This document shows, piece after piece, positions 52,585-64,000 of a stretch of DNA of 64,000 nt (positions are counted from its first letter, which is position 1; every line of letters starts with the position of its first letter). Source of the stretch: Azolla caroliniana (Eukaryota > Plantae > Polypodiophyta); NCBI GenBank assembly GCA_043228905.1, contig JBHGNT010000002.1:2666001-2730000 (forward strand), read 5' to 3'. The notes beneath the pieces were generated by a model. It saw only the letters and a program-made list of their open reading frames with translations. It was not told the DNA's origin and searched no databases. A program made the translations under genes and the position numbers.

Positions 52585-53153
52585 CTCCTGCTCAAGCTCA
52601 ACTTGAGGTCGGTCTGTCGTGTCAGCATTCGCCAGTCCTTGTCTTCGGCTTCTCCTGGTGTCTTCACACCTTGCTCTTGCTCCTCGACTCATTTGGTCCC
52701 GCACATTCGACCACCCTGATCGGCTTGTCTACACATCAGAACCATCTCTGCTCCCTTGTTGTTGTGACATTGGCGCTTCTCGACCTTGTCGGTTCCTCCG
52801 TGTCGGCGTCAACTTCAGTTGCCCCCTTGTCTGTTTGGCCTTCATGTGATTTGGCTCATCCGAATCGAACTGCTCGACTAAATCGGCTATCTCCGATTCG
52901 TTCCCTCTCTTGTCCGAATTGGCTGTCTCCAACTCGTCTTCCTTTTTCAGGCCCTTAACCACGTCCAACCATGTCTTGGTCTTGGCCTTTTTCCTTCAAT
53001 CGGCTATGTCCTTCTTGACTCTGCCGCCTTTGCTGCCTGCTTTGATTCTATCGGATATAGCGACTTCTTCAGTCGATTTGACATCTACTTCGACTTCCTC
53101 TTGTTGCTCCCCCCCTAATTTTTCACTTGTTCTCCCCCTCAATTGCGGCACGT

Positions 53154-53687
53154 TGTCATGAAGATTTTCGTCCATAGGGGGAAACCGGGGTGGAATGGGC
53201 AAGTTGGTGGTGTGCAACATGTGCACACATATACTAGGAAATGGTGTATAGAAATAAGGGGGGAAAATTTATCCCACATTGTAAGGTCCCTCCCTCCTTG
53301 GGCTATAAAAGGAAGGGAGGGGTCACTTATGAAGGGGTTGCCTATTTTGCGTATGAAAGGTATACCACTTAGTCTAGAGTTCTTACCGTTTTAGGGTTAG
53401 GGTTTCGTTTAGGGTTTCCTTGTTCATCCCCAGTTAGGGTTTTCTCATAGTCGTTTGGTGCGGCCCATGCGGACACCAATGTTGTAATCATTCGTTTATT
53501 TTAATATAACTTGTTGAGCATCTTGCCTCCGCCGATCTCTCCTTCTATGTCATGGTCTTATTCTTTCCTCTTCTCCTCTTGAGCTAAGCTTCCATTTTTT
53601 GTCTTACTCTTTCTCTTCTACTCCCTAGTCCATGACCCCGGTGGTCCCGCCTTGGATCCTACATGCAAAGAGCGTAACAACTCGACA
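53154..53687 (+). mobile_element. Solo LTR inserted at the end of RNase H of element E, 4-bp TSD ACGT
   Basis: TGTCA...CGACA ends, TATA near 53303; removing it restores host HLDVPQLRGR. Confidence 0.85.
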
Positions 53688-54878
53688 ACGTCGAGATGTT
53701 GTAACCCAAGCATCTCCGAAAACTATTGCAACTTGTCCATCCCAAGCGCCTTGGTGAAGATGTCGACCACTTGCTGATCGGTTCGAACATATTTGAGTTC
53801 GACTTCACCGCTTAGAACTCGCTCGCGCATAAAGTGATAATGCCCTTCTATGTGCTACGTGCGAGCATGGAAGATGGGGTTCTTGGCTAGCTGCATGCTA
53901 CTGATATTGTCGCAGTAGATTGGAATCGGAGTGGGAACTTTGACCCGTAAGTTTGGCAACAACCACTTAAGTCATAATGCCTTCACCTTGGAGGTAGGAA
54001 ATGAATTCGTTGGAGAAGTACTCCTTACCTCCATCCAATCTAGGCATCGAATGTGGTGACCGATTTCTTTTTCGACTTGGCTCTTGAGCTTTTGGAAGTG
54101 GGAGAGCACTTCACTCTTCTTCTTCATCGGAAAGATCCACGTGTAGCGGTAGTAGTGGTCAATCAAGGTGACATAGTTTCGGCATCCGCCAATCGTCGGT
54201 TTGAGCCGGTCCCCATACATCTGAGAGTATGAGGTCGAGGAGTCCTTTGCTTGCGTAGCTCTCCTTAGGGAATGGGAGTCGATGTTGTTTGCCGAGTTGA
54301 CATGCTTCGCACACTTGGTCGACTCATTTCATGTCAGAAGTTTGATGATGACTCCCTTTGATTGCCTCGCTCGAAGCTGTTGGAGGTTTATGTGGACGAT
54401 TCTCTTGTGCTACAACTCGATGCTTGTCTCGGTTTTAAGAACTTTGGCATACATGGCCGATTTCACCTCGTTCGAATCGAGAATGAACATTCGACTGTCT
54501 CTCCGTCCCTTAGCTATTAGTCGACCATCTTTCTCGATGAAGCATCCTTCGTTGTTGAAACAAACTTGCATGCCTTACTCCACGATTTGGCCGACCGAGA
54601 CCAAATTCTTCTTTATTATGGGCATGTACAAGACATTCTTGATGCAATTGTTTTGGCCGTCGTTGCCGAATGGTACATTGCTGATGTGCCGAATTGGATG
54701 TGTGGTGTCGTCTCCCGTCTCTATGTAGCCAGGTCGATCGGGTGTGCGCAAATCACTGAACCACTCTTCGTGGGATGTCATGTGATGTGAGGCACCAAAA
54801 TCGACGAACCACACGTCTTCCGACGAAGTTGGAGGTGCTTGTGGAGTCGGAGGCTGACATAGAGTTCGCTCTATGTCG

Positions 54879-56800
54879 TGTCACGACACAATGACATGAA
54901 ATATATAGTTGGTGGGAATGGAACCTACAACCTCACATCAACAACATGGCATGCTCAACCATTTTGATATGAGCATGCATTTGTATATAATAGTTTAGTA
55001 TTCTATAGTCTAGCATATAATACATTTTAGAATTAGAATATTCTAGTTGTCAGTATATTCTTGAAATATTGTACGATATTATTCTACACGGGTATATTCT
55101 AGACATATTTCTCGAGTATATTCTAGAGATATTCAATCTCGGAACTTGTAATAATAGATACTTGTAACCTCCTTGGTCCCTTTCAAGGGATGCAACACCA
55201 GTCATTGGCACATCAATCTAGTATTCTCGTTTCGCCTCATCTTTGTCTCCTTCATCTTTATTTCTGTCTTCATGCCCTCATGTCGCTCACAACATCTAGA
55301 TTTCCTAGCCTCGTCACATCTAGCTCCAAGTTCATCCGTCGCTCTTAGCCCCATCATTTGTGCTCCATCCTAGTCCGCGCTTGGTTTGTCCGTGATAGTT
55401 TGAAGCACCACCCATCTTCGTCATCGCCTTTGCTTCTAGAGTTACCATCATCACCGTCCTTGCTTCCGGAGTTACCGTCATCAACATCCTTGTCTTCGAC
55501 GTCATCATTTCCAGCACCTCTTCGCCCAACCATCATCGTCATCAACACTACTTGTCATCATTTTTAGGTATCATTTTGCATCATGGTTTTGGTGAGGAGT
55601 GCTTTCGATCGCTCACCTTCCCAGCTCCGTTGGGGGTCACAACCGCTCACTTTCTTGGTGGGGATCGGATCACTGTTCGCTTGCATTGCATTTTCGTTAT
55701 AGTTCAAGTCTTGTGCCACTTTCTATTGGCAAGGATCTATTTCGATCGCTCACCTTCTAGTTTTGGTGGGGGTCCCAATTGCTCACTTTCCTAGTGGGGA
55801 TCACGTGGGTTTCTCGCTAGTGCTACCGTTTGTGCCATGTCTTGGGTCAACCTTGACTATTTACCCTCTCATAATAGAAGAGGTCGAGTCAACCGGTTCA
55901 CTTGCACTCCTTCGCCCGTTCGCGTTCCAGTTCTCGGTGATGGCTGCATGGTCGCTCACGCTTGTTCGTGTTCCAGTTCTCGGTGATGGCCGCATGGTCG
56001 CTCACGCCCGTTCATGTTAGTTCTCAGTGAGGGCCGCATGGTCTCTCACATCCGTTCATGTTCTAGTTTTCGGTGACGTTCACATGGTCTCCCACATCCG
56101 TTCGTGTTCTAGTTTTCGGTGATGACCACATGGTCTCTCACACCCATTCGTGTTTTCGATGAGGACCGCACATGGTCACTCACGTTCCAATTCCCAGAGG
56201 GCCATACATGGTTGCTCATGATCGTTTGTGTTCTAGTTCTCGGTGAGGACCGCACGGTCGCTCATTCTCGTTCTTGTTCTAGTTCCCGGTGAGGATCACA
56301 TGGTCACTCACGTCGTTTGGTGTTCCACTTCCCGGTGAGGACCATACATGGTCGCTCATGTCCGTTGGTGTTCATGTCTCCAGTGAGGACCTCACATGGT
56401 CACTCACGTATGTTGGTGCTCCACTTCCCTCTCACCCCTACACCAAGCTTTCGAAAAGGCGGCCATAAAGGGGATGATAATGTCACGACACAGTGACATG
56501 AAATATATAGTTGGTGGGGATTGAACCTACAACCTCACATCAACAATATGGCATGTATAAATACTTGTAACCTCCTCGGTTCCTTTCAGGGGATGCAACA
56601 CTAGTCATTGACCCATCAATCTAGTATTCTCATTTCGCCTCATCTTTGTCTCCTTGATCTTTATTTCTGTCTTCATGCCCTCATGTCGCTCACAACATCT
56701 AGAGTTCCTAGCCTGGTCACATCTAGCTCCAAGTTCATTCGTCGCTTGTAGCCCCATCATCTATGCTCCGTCCTAGTCTGCACTTGGTGTGTCTGTGACA
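54879..56800 (+). mobile_element. Non-autonomous LTR element (TRIM/LARD-like), LTRs 54879-55397 and 56482-56800
   Basis: Both LTRs start TGTCACGACACA and end GTG/TTGTCyGTGAyA; TSD tgtcg/tgtct; PPT-like AAAGGGGATGATAA before LTR2; no coding domains; inserted in gag of element E. Confidence 0.88.
55915..56420. repeat. Tandem array, ~11 copies of a ~46-bp unit
   Basis: Unit gttcgtgttccagttctcggtgatggccgcatggtcgctcacgccc, with progressive divergence. Confidence 0.9.
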
Positions 56801-57881
56801 TGTCTCATCACAAATAACCCACCATAGTCATCGTATTCGGAGTTGGTGGCATAATTTGTGAGTTGTCGACTTGTCGAAGCTGACTCACTTCTCTTCTTCC
56901 GACACTCCTCTTCGCAGTGGCTGATTTTGTCGCAATAATTGCAAGTAATGGGCCATGTTTGCCGACATTGTTCGGCATGGAAGCTCCCCTTTGTTCTGAA
57001 GGTTCCTCGATGGCTTCCGTCTTGTTGTCGAAGGTTTGAGTTCCCTTCGTTCGATGGATCGAATCGAGCTCTTCTACGGCCTCGACCTCATCCTCGGCCA
57101 CCATCCGAATTAGAGAAGAACATTTGTCCTTCCGACATCTTGGTCTTGATTCGGACGTGGTTCTCTTCGACCAATACCAAGGTCAAAGAATAAAGGAGGG
57201 TTTTCTCTCACCAAGATTGCCTTCCTCAATGAGTCGAATCCTTGTGTGAGGCTGCCCAAGCATACTTGAACCATCTCATCTTGTCTTCTCCGATGATTAT
57301 GTTGATGGAACCAAGCGAGTTGCAAATGCTCTTGATCTTGGCGGTGTAGTCCGACACAAACATATCTTTTTGCCGAATTTTGTTCAACTCTTGTCGAAGT
57401 TGAAGCTTTCGGGCGGTCGTGTTGGCGGCGAACATTTTCTTCAAGTTTTCCCACGGCTCTTTAGGCGTCTTGATGTCTCGAATGTGGCTAAGCATGTGGT
57501 CGTGGACACATGTTGCCAAGCAATACATTACCCGACTCGCTCCTTGCTCCCACGTTGGGTAGTTGGCGTTTGTGATGTTGGGTTTCGATTTGAGTGCATG
57601 TAGCTCCAATACCCTTGGCTGACTAGGTATTGGTTTATCTTGTACTCCCAAGATGAATAATTGCTCCGGTCTAGCTTTTCACTAGGGAGTGAGCTACCCA
57701 TTTGTGTGTTCAGGTTGTTGTAATGTCTTCCCTTTTGTCTTTTCTTCCTTCGGTCACGTACATGTGCTATGTAGCGGCACTACGGTAGTAGATAACCGGA
57801 TTTTGTAGTTGACGTCTCGAACACACAATCATAGAGTCGGGTGGGATTAGTGGATTTTCTAAACCACACGCTCTATTACCA

Positions 57882-58316
57882 TGTTAATAATTAGGTAATT
57901 AAGCAAGGGTTAATTAGTACCTAATTATTGATTAAGCTAAGTGAAAGATTTTAAGTGATATGTGTGTGTATGTGTGTGAGAGGAAGAGAGAGGGGAAGTT
58001 AACACTATGAACAACGAGACAAGATGGGTGAGGATTAACTATATTAAAAGCATCATCAAATAAAAAAATACCCACAATGAGGTATAAATACATCTCATGT
58101 GCAAACATGCACATGTGTGAGTAGAATATAGGTACAATCGTGTAAGTCCTATATTAAATGAACATGGGAGTGGAGGATCTACAATGTATCCCACTCAAGT
58201 ACAAAATCTTATTTAAGGCTTTAAGGTCAACACACTAACTAGATTCTATCGAGGTAACTACTAAGTTACGCGTGTTGACTAAATGACTAAACTAAGTTGA
58301 GCTTGATATCTCAACA
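57882..58316 (-). repeat. 5' LTR of element E
   Basis: Minus strand TGTTGAG...TTAACA followed by the PBS; it interrupts the integrase of element F. Confidence 0.85.
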
Positions 58317-59835
58317 TAGTTGAATTGGCCGGAAAAGTATTCTTTCCTGCCATCCGACCACAAGCACTTGAACTTTCTTTCTGTTTAACTTTCCACCAAG
58401 CTTTTTAGGTTCCGGAAACAGTTGAAAACTTCACTCTTCTTTTGGATGAGGTAGATCCATGTGTGCCGACTATAGTCGTCGATGAAGGAGATGAAGTATC
58501 AACCCCCGCCTAAGGTCACATTTTGTGCCGGTCCCAATACATCTGAATGTAACAAGTCGAGCTTGTTCTGGCTCCAGTTTCTCTCGTTGGGGAATGGAAG
58601 TCAATGTCGCTTCCTTAGCTGGCAGGCTTCACAGATTTTGGCCTTCCGGTCACTGAAATTCAACAAACCGAACACAACTTGTTTTGTTTGCAATTCTTAA
58701 AGCCTTTTGGAAGTTGACGTGGCCGATCCGTTTATGCCATAAATCGATGTTTGAATCGACTTTTTGTCCTTTGGTGAACAAAGTGGTGCTGGTGCCATTC
58801 GTGTCAAGGATGAACATCCTCCCTTCTTGGTGCCCTTGTGCAATGATTTGGCCTTCCTCTTTGATGAAGCAACAAAGATGGTGAACCAGACTTGCATCCC
58901 TTGGTCGACGATATGTCCGACCAACACCAAGTTCTTGGTGATCGTCGGGACGTGCAAGACGTTCATCAGTCTCCCCTTTTGTCCTACATGACTCAGGGGG
59001 ACTTCGCCAACATGTTCAATCGGATGCCCGATATCATCACTGGTTTTGATGACTTCCGGTTTTTCCAAATATGAGAACCACTCTTTGTGGCTCGTCATAT
59101 GATTCGACACTCCGAAGTCGACGTACCACACCTTGTTGGTTTCGAGGTGCTCTTCTTCATTGAATTTGCCTTGTGCTTCATCACAAAGGTTGGGCCCTTT
59201 TCGGTGTATAGTGCAATGCTGCCGATTCCCTTGTTTAGCTTAGTCAGATCCGGATTTGTTTGAATCAGACTTCTTTTTCTACCATTCGCTTTCTCGGCGA
59301 CCCTTTAGGCCACATTACTAATATTCTGTCTTGGCTTTCCCTTGCCGATTTCTGGCATTGCCTTGACTCCCCCTGCTCGTGGAGGGTTCGGAACGACTGT
59401 CAGTATATCGATTATGCCTTTGATTCTACTTTTGTTGGCCGCCACCATTGCGTGTTGAACCACCTCGTCCTCCACAACCACGGGGCTGATATGCCTCCAT
59501 GTACAACATTTGGCTGCTAGATTGTGTGTTCTTCGATGCACCTACATGATTTTCTTTGATCATGAACATTGATTGCAGATTGAAGAATGACGATGGTTTC
59601 TCCCTTGTGCAAATAGCCATCCGAATCAGCCTGTACCTTTGTGCTAAACCACTGAGGTAGATCTGTACCATCTCATCTTCGTCCACCGTCACATTGATGG
59701 ACCCCAGGGCATCATAGATCTCCGTGATTTTGGTGGTGTAGTCGATCACCGTCATATCCCTCTATCAGATATTGTTGAGCTCTTTCCGGAGCTGCAAGTT
59801 TCGGGCCGTGGTACTTGCAGCGAAAATCATGCTGA
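58317..59835 (-). pseudogene. Copia element F gag-PR-IN remnant (same group as B and E)
   Basis: DEDEMVQIYLSGL, WYVDFGVSNHMT, NVLHVPTITKNL, LWHKRIGH, HSDVLGP; frameshifts present. Confidence 0.88.
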
Positions 59836-59869
59836 GATATTGACATTACATGAAGCAGGTCGAGGATGC

Positions 59870-60486
59870 CTATAGTTACAATGCTTAATCGGGCATATTG
59901 AAATTTATTGCGGTTTTATCAGCCCCTCATTACCAACAGTTATCTATGAAGATAATTATGCTTGCATTAATCAGTTCAAGAAGGGATTCATTAAAGGTGA
60001 TCTAGTCAAACATATTTCTCCCAAGTTTTTCTTTACTCGTGAGCTCAATGATAATTATATCAACATTCAACCTGTTACATCAAGCAAGAACTTGGCGGAT
60101 ATTTTTACCAAAAGCTTACTTGCATCAAAACGTTGGTTGAATATTCCTTCTCTTGGACTCAAAAGATTATCAGAGCTAATGAGCTAAAACAATGATGATG
60201 AGATAAGGGGGAGTGTTATGAACTCATGCATGTAATGATTCATGCTATAGCTATTTTAGTCTTAAGCTTTAGTTAACAAGACTTCATGATGTAAATAGTA
60301 TGCATGCATCCCATCATCTTGTGGGTCATAAACTCATGTATCTGAATCATTTTGAGAATATATAGAAGAGCATAGCCTATGAGCTCTATTTAGAGAATAT
60401 ATTGATATGCAATTAGTGATATGGATTAATATCTAATCACTCTTTTGATCTTTCTTAATAGTCTATAATTAGTCTATTCTATAACA
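59870..60486 (+). mobile_element. Bianca-like Copia 3' end: RNase H remnant, PPT 60205-60213, LTR 60214-60486
   Basis: EDNYACI..KKGFIKGDLVKHISPKFFF and NLADIFTKSL; AAGGGGGAG|TGTTAT...ATAACA. Confidence 0.82.
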
Positions 60487-63400
60487 ATTTCCTTATATGT
60501 GCTTTTCAAATTTTGTGAAAACAATAATGTAAAAAATCAACCTCACAATTGTTCTTGATTGTGAGGACTTATATTCTTCGTACGAAGTGCTTCCAAACAC
60601 ATTGTATATAATTATTAGTTGAATAACCTAGAGTTATGGAATGAGTACATTTGTGCCATGTATAAGTTGATCTAGAATCTTGAGTTGGCTTAGTCGCATC
60701 CATACAAAGTGGCTACGTCAATCTACAATATCTATCAATACACACGCATACGACATTATTATAAAATATCATTAACTAAAATGGAAACACAACCTCATAT
60801 AGTGACCATACCATTATTATAAGAATGCATTCAAGGAAGAGGTTATTGAACAGAGTGACTCCTTGTAAGCTTCCAAGGAAAGAAAAGAATATAGAATAGC
60901 ATATACATTATTGTGTTTATGGATACGAACCAAGTATTTATGTCTTTGGAGGATTATTTCAAGATTGTTTTCCTATAGGCTAAAGGGCATTTTAAGTTTT
61001 AACAATAAGCACAAAGCTTCAAGGTGTTATTGCTTGCGTTAGTTGGCAATGAAAATACGCTTACAAATTGTGTATGTATGGGTGCCTATGTAAATCATTT
61101 TCTTCAATTTCTGAGTGACTAGCATTGTCAAAGTTGTAAGATATGTGGAAATTTAGTAGTTAATAACTTTTCGCTCTCCTTATTTATATTTGTTGGTGTT
61201 TGCACCATCGTTTCCTTCTATAAGGAGTTGACATAAATTATTTCGATTGTGACATAAGGATGACAATGTCTTAGTAGGACATCTCACTTTGTTTCTTGCA
61301 ATTGTATTACCTTTTACCTATTTTGTTCCATGGATTATTGAATTTTGCAAAAGGTCTCCACATACCATTAATTTGGCAATCATAAACAAACTTATAAAAG
61401 AATGAGTGTCTTCTATTACATAGATGTATTATTCATTATGCATGCATGCATGCTTGGCACATATATGATATATTAATTGTTATGCCAAATCATACAAGAG
61501 GTACACTCATAATCATGTGAATCATTAGATCCTATATGTAACAATGGGCTATCCATCAATGTCGATTCCTTGATCATTGTCTAGTGGGCAATGTCAAATT
61601 CTTTTTTGTCAATGTAATGGCATTGGGTACCAATCCCAACCATTCTAAGCTCAATGATGGAGGTTAAGTCTTCGTCAAGTATTTCGTGTTGTGTTTGTGT
61701 CAAAAAGGAACTGTGGTACAAGGTCCATTTATGTGTGCACATTAGATGCTTGTTGGCTTGCAATGAACTTGGGACCTCATGGTACCTAACTGAGTATCTT
61801 AAGAAACAACAATGAACACATTTGTCCGTCTTTGTAAGTGTGCTTACTTCCACATGATGAGTATGTGGCCCCACATTGACTTTATGGTGTCATTTTATCA
61901 TGAATTGAAAAAACAGCCTTCCTTGTAATCAATCCTAATCGCCATCATGAAGTTGAACGTAAACTTAAGTTGCAATATTCTTGTAGCACAATCCCGATTT
62001 TTATATATAAATTAATGACTATGATCCAAGCATATCAATCATTGAGCCAATCTTGGCACCTAAATACCAAAAGTCCTATAATGCATGGAACTTTTACATG
62101 TTCTATGGATATTTAATATGGGGAAATTTGTCGAAAGTTGCTTCGATATTTGCTTACTTAAAAAGTATCAATAATATGTGAAACATGGGTGAGTGGATTA
62201 CGAAGAGATTTCTTGCCTTTATTAGTACCCATAAGGGTATAAATTAATAATGGGTTGATACTTTTTCAATTATTGTAAGCATATTCCTAAAACAAAATCT
62301 CTTTAATATTTTGTGCTAGATATCAAACGAGCGTGATTCGTGAATATTGTTATTTGGCATACCATTTGGTTGGGTATTGGAAAATAAAAAAGCCCCCTTT
62401 ATGGTTTAATCGTCACAATGCAAACATGTACTGCCTGAACGTCAGTAAAGGTAGATTCCCAACCCCTCTTGACATAATTTGAGACCCTTGTTTGACTTGA
62501 AAAACTAAAAAAACGCTTTGATTAAAGTGATTGGAGAAGAATGGTATTTATATGTCCATGAAGTGGCTGATTTGGTGTACGACACCAAAATGCTATGCGT
62601 CGGATAGTTTGCTTGCTTGTTCATGACATAAAAATTAATAAACCCTCAAGAAAGCGAATTGACACAAGAAGGCAACACATTGTCCTGTTGACTTGTCCCT
62701 AGGTTGCACACGATGCTTCATCTCAAATGTACTATTGTGTTTGTGATTGTAAATATAGAAACAGTTAATTAAATTAATGCGATAGAAGGCATTGTTTTGA
62801 TGACAATACAGAGATGAATTCCAATAAACAGTAGACCTCTAATTGGGCCAATCCGTAGCAGTATTCTTGAGACAATGTTAAAACAACAAATTCATCATAA
62901 TTAATGGAGTAAAGCTAATAGTTAGATGTTAGCATTTAGTTTATCCATTTATATTTTGCATTGTTTAATACCACATGTTTATTCCCCACAAATACACATG
63001 TAACTTTCATCTTCTTTTATTAATTTGTTTACAATTATGGATTGAAGCAATTAGTATACGTATTGGAATACTCGTTAAAGTGTAAGACATTACACTCATT
63101 TAAGTATGCTTCCTCTAATCAAACAAGTATCATTTATAAGATTCGGATGAAATATTATTAGGAGCAAACAACTCCAACAAGCAACTCATTGTCATAATGG
63201 GGAAACAATTGAGACACCAAACTCAAAGAGACATTAAAACATAGTCGTATGTGTTGACTTCCCATATTTTTCTTTTTTAATCTGTAAATGTCACATCCAT
63301 CGATCACCTTCAACCCATGCAAAGTCGGGCAATCTCCTATAGTAGATGGCATCTCAAAGTCCTATTTTAAACTCAATTCCATCCATCATGTGAAGGAATA

Positions 63401-64000
63401 TTGATTGTGGTTCATTTCATTTACTTGATCTATTGATACGATACACCATTTGACCTATTCATGGATTGAATTTTCTTTTGCTACAAATCATAAGAACAAT
63501 TGTACTACAGTCGAGACAACTTGGACACATCATTTGCAAGGAAGATAGAGCAATTTGCTGCATGGCCAAAAAGAAATATGATTGGGATGATATGATAATG
63601 AAGATTGGTTGTGCTTTGATATCGAATCTTGTCATTATCATGTTTAATTAGCTATACAACTAGTTTGATTAGTTTAATTGTAGATCACTAATCTTAGGGA
63701 GTATGGTAAGTCCAGGATTGATAGATCTCCCGAAGATACACTCGAACATTTTGTCACATATGTTATAAAGTAGTAAATAACAACAAATTTTGAGGGAAAT
63801 AATGGTAGTGTGAGAAGCATAAAACTCACTTATACGTTATAACACCATATATGTATGAAACATGTTAGCAAAATAACAAGGTTATCATTTACTAACACAT
63901 CAAATATTGATGCTTGCTTGAGTGACAATGTAATGATGTATTGGATCGGATACGGTTATGATAAGTATGTTTCTAACCATTAATTAACAACGTATTAACA

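Larger units (their letters stand above)
52151..58316 (-). mobile_element. Composite Copia element E (same group as B), internally deleted, with two nested insertions
   Basis: 5' LTR 57882-58316, PBS TGGTAATAGAGC 57870-57881, gag from 57702 (MGSSLPSEKLD), PR 54814, IN 54220-53972 joined directly to RNase H 53970-53690, PPT 52585-52598, 3' LTR 52151-52584. Confidence 0.85.

Noticed and set aside
55915-56420. CRISPR-like appearance of the 46-bp array
   Set aside because: Units are contiguous with no unique spacers, there are no cas genes, and the context is a eukaryotic retroelement.
60500-64000. Short ORFs in AT-rich DNA (also 45700-48200)
   Set aside because: No recognisable domains or consistent splice structure; lengths are as expected by chance.

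Overview
Eukaryotic land-plant nuclear DNA, probably a fern or another non-seed vascular plant (inferred from the Copia families and a fern-style PLS-PPR remnant; not provable from this window). There are five host genes: an intronless secreted glycine-rich protein (13838-14815, -), SGS3 (6 coding exons, 18113-23485, -), a conserved Arg/Ser-rich protein (6 exons, 28361-31314, +), CDKC (14 exons, 35135-38740, -) and an intronless DUF2921 membrane protein (42753-45593, +). Both ends of the window hold nested Ty1/Copia clusters (1-8.7 kb and 52-60.5 kb). hAT-type MITEs, a 5'-truncated LINE, tRNA-like relics and local tandem duplications lie between the genes. The most unusual observations are: (i) a non-coding LTR element with a tRNA-like Pol III cassette in its LTRs and an internal 46-bp array; (ii) a three-piece patchwork of SGS3 non-coding sequence fused to a broken Copia integrase 10-17 kb from its sources; (iii) a CDKC splice donor that overlaps a stop codon and could toggle a ~60-aa C-terminal extension; (iv) a Copia family with a PPT-enclosing hairpin and a post-RNaseH extension. 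All exon boundaries and alignments were read by eye and no searches were run.
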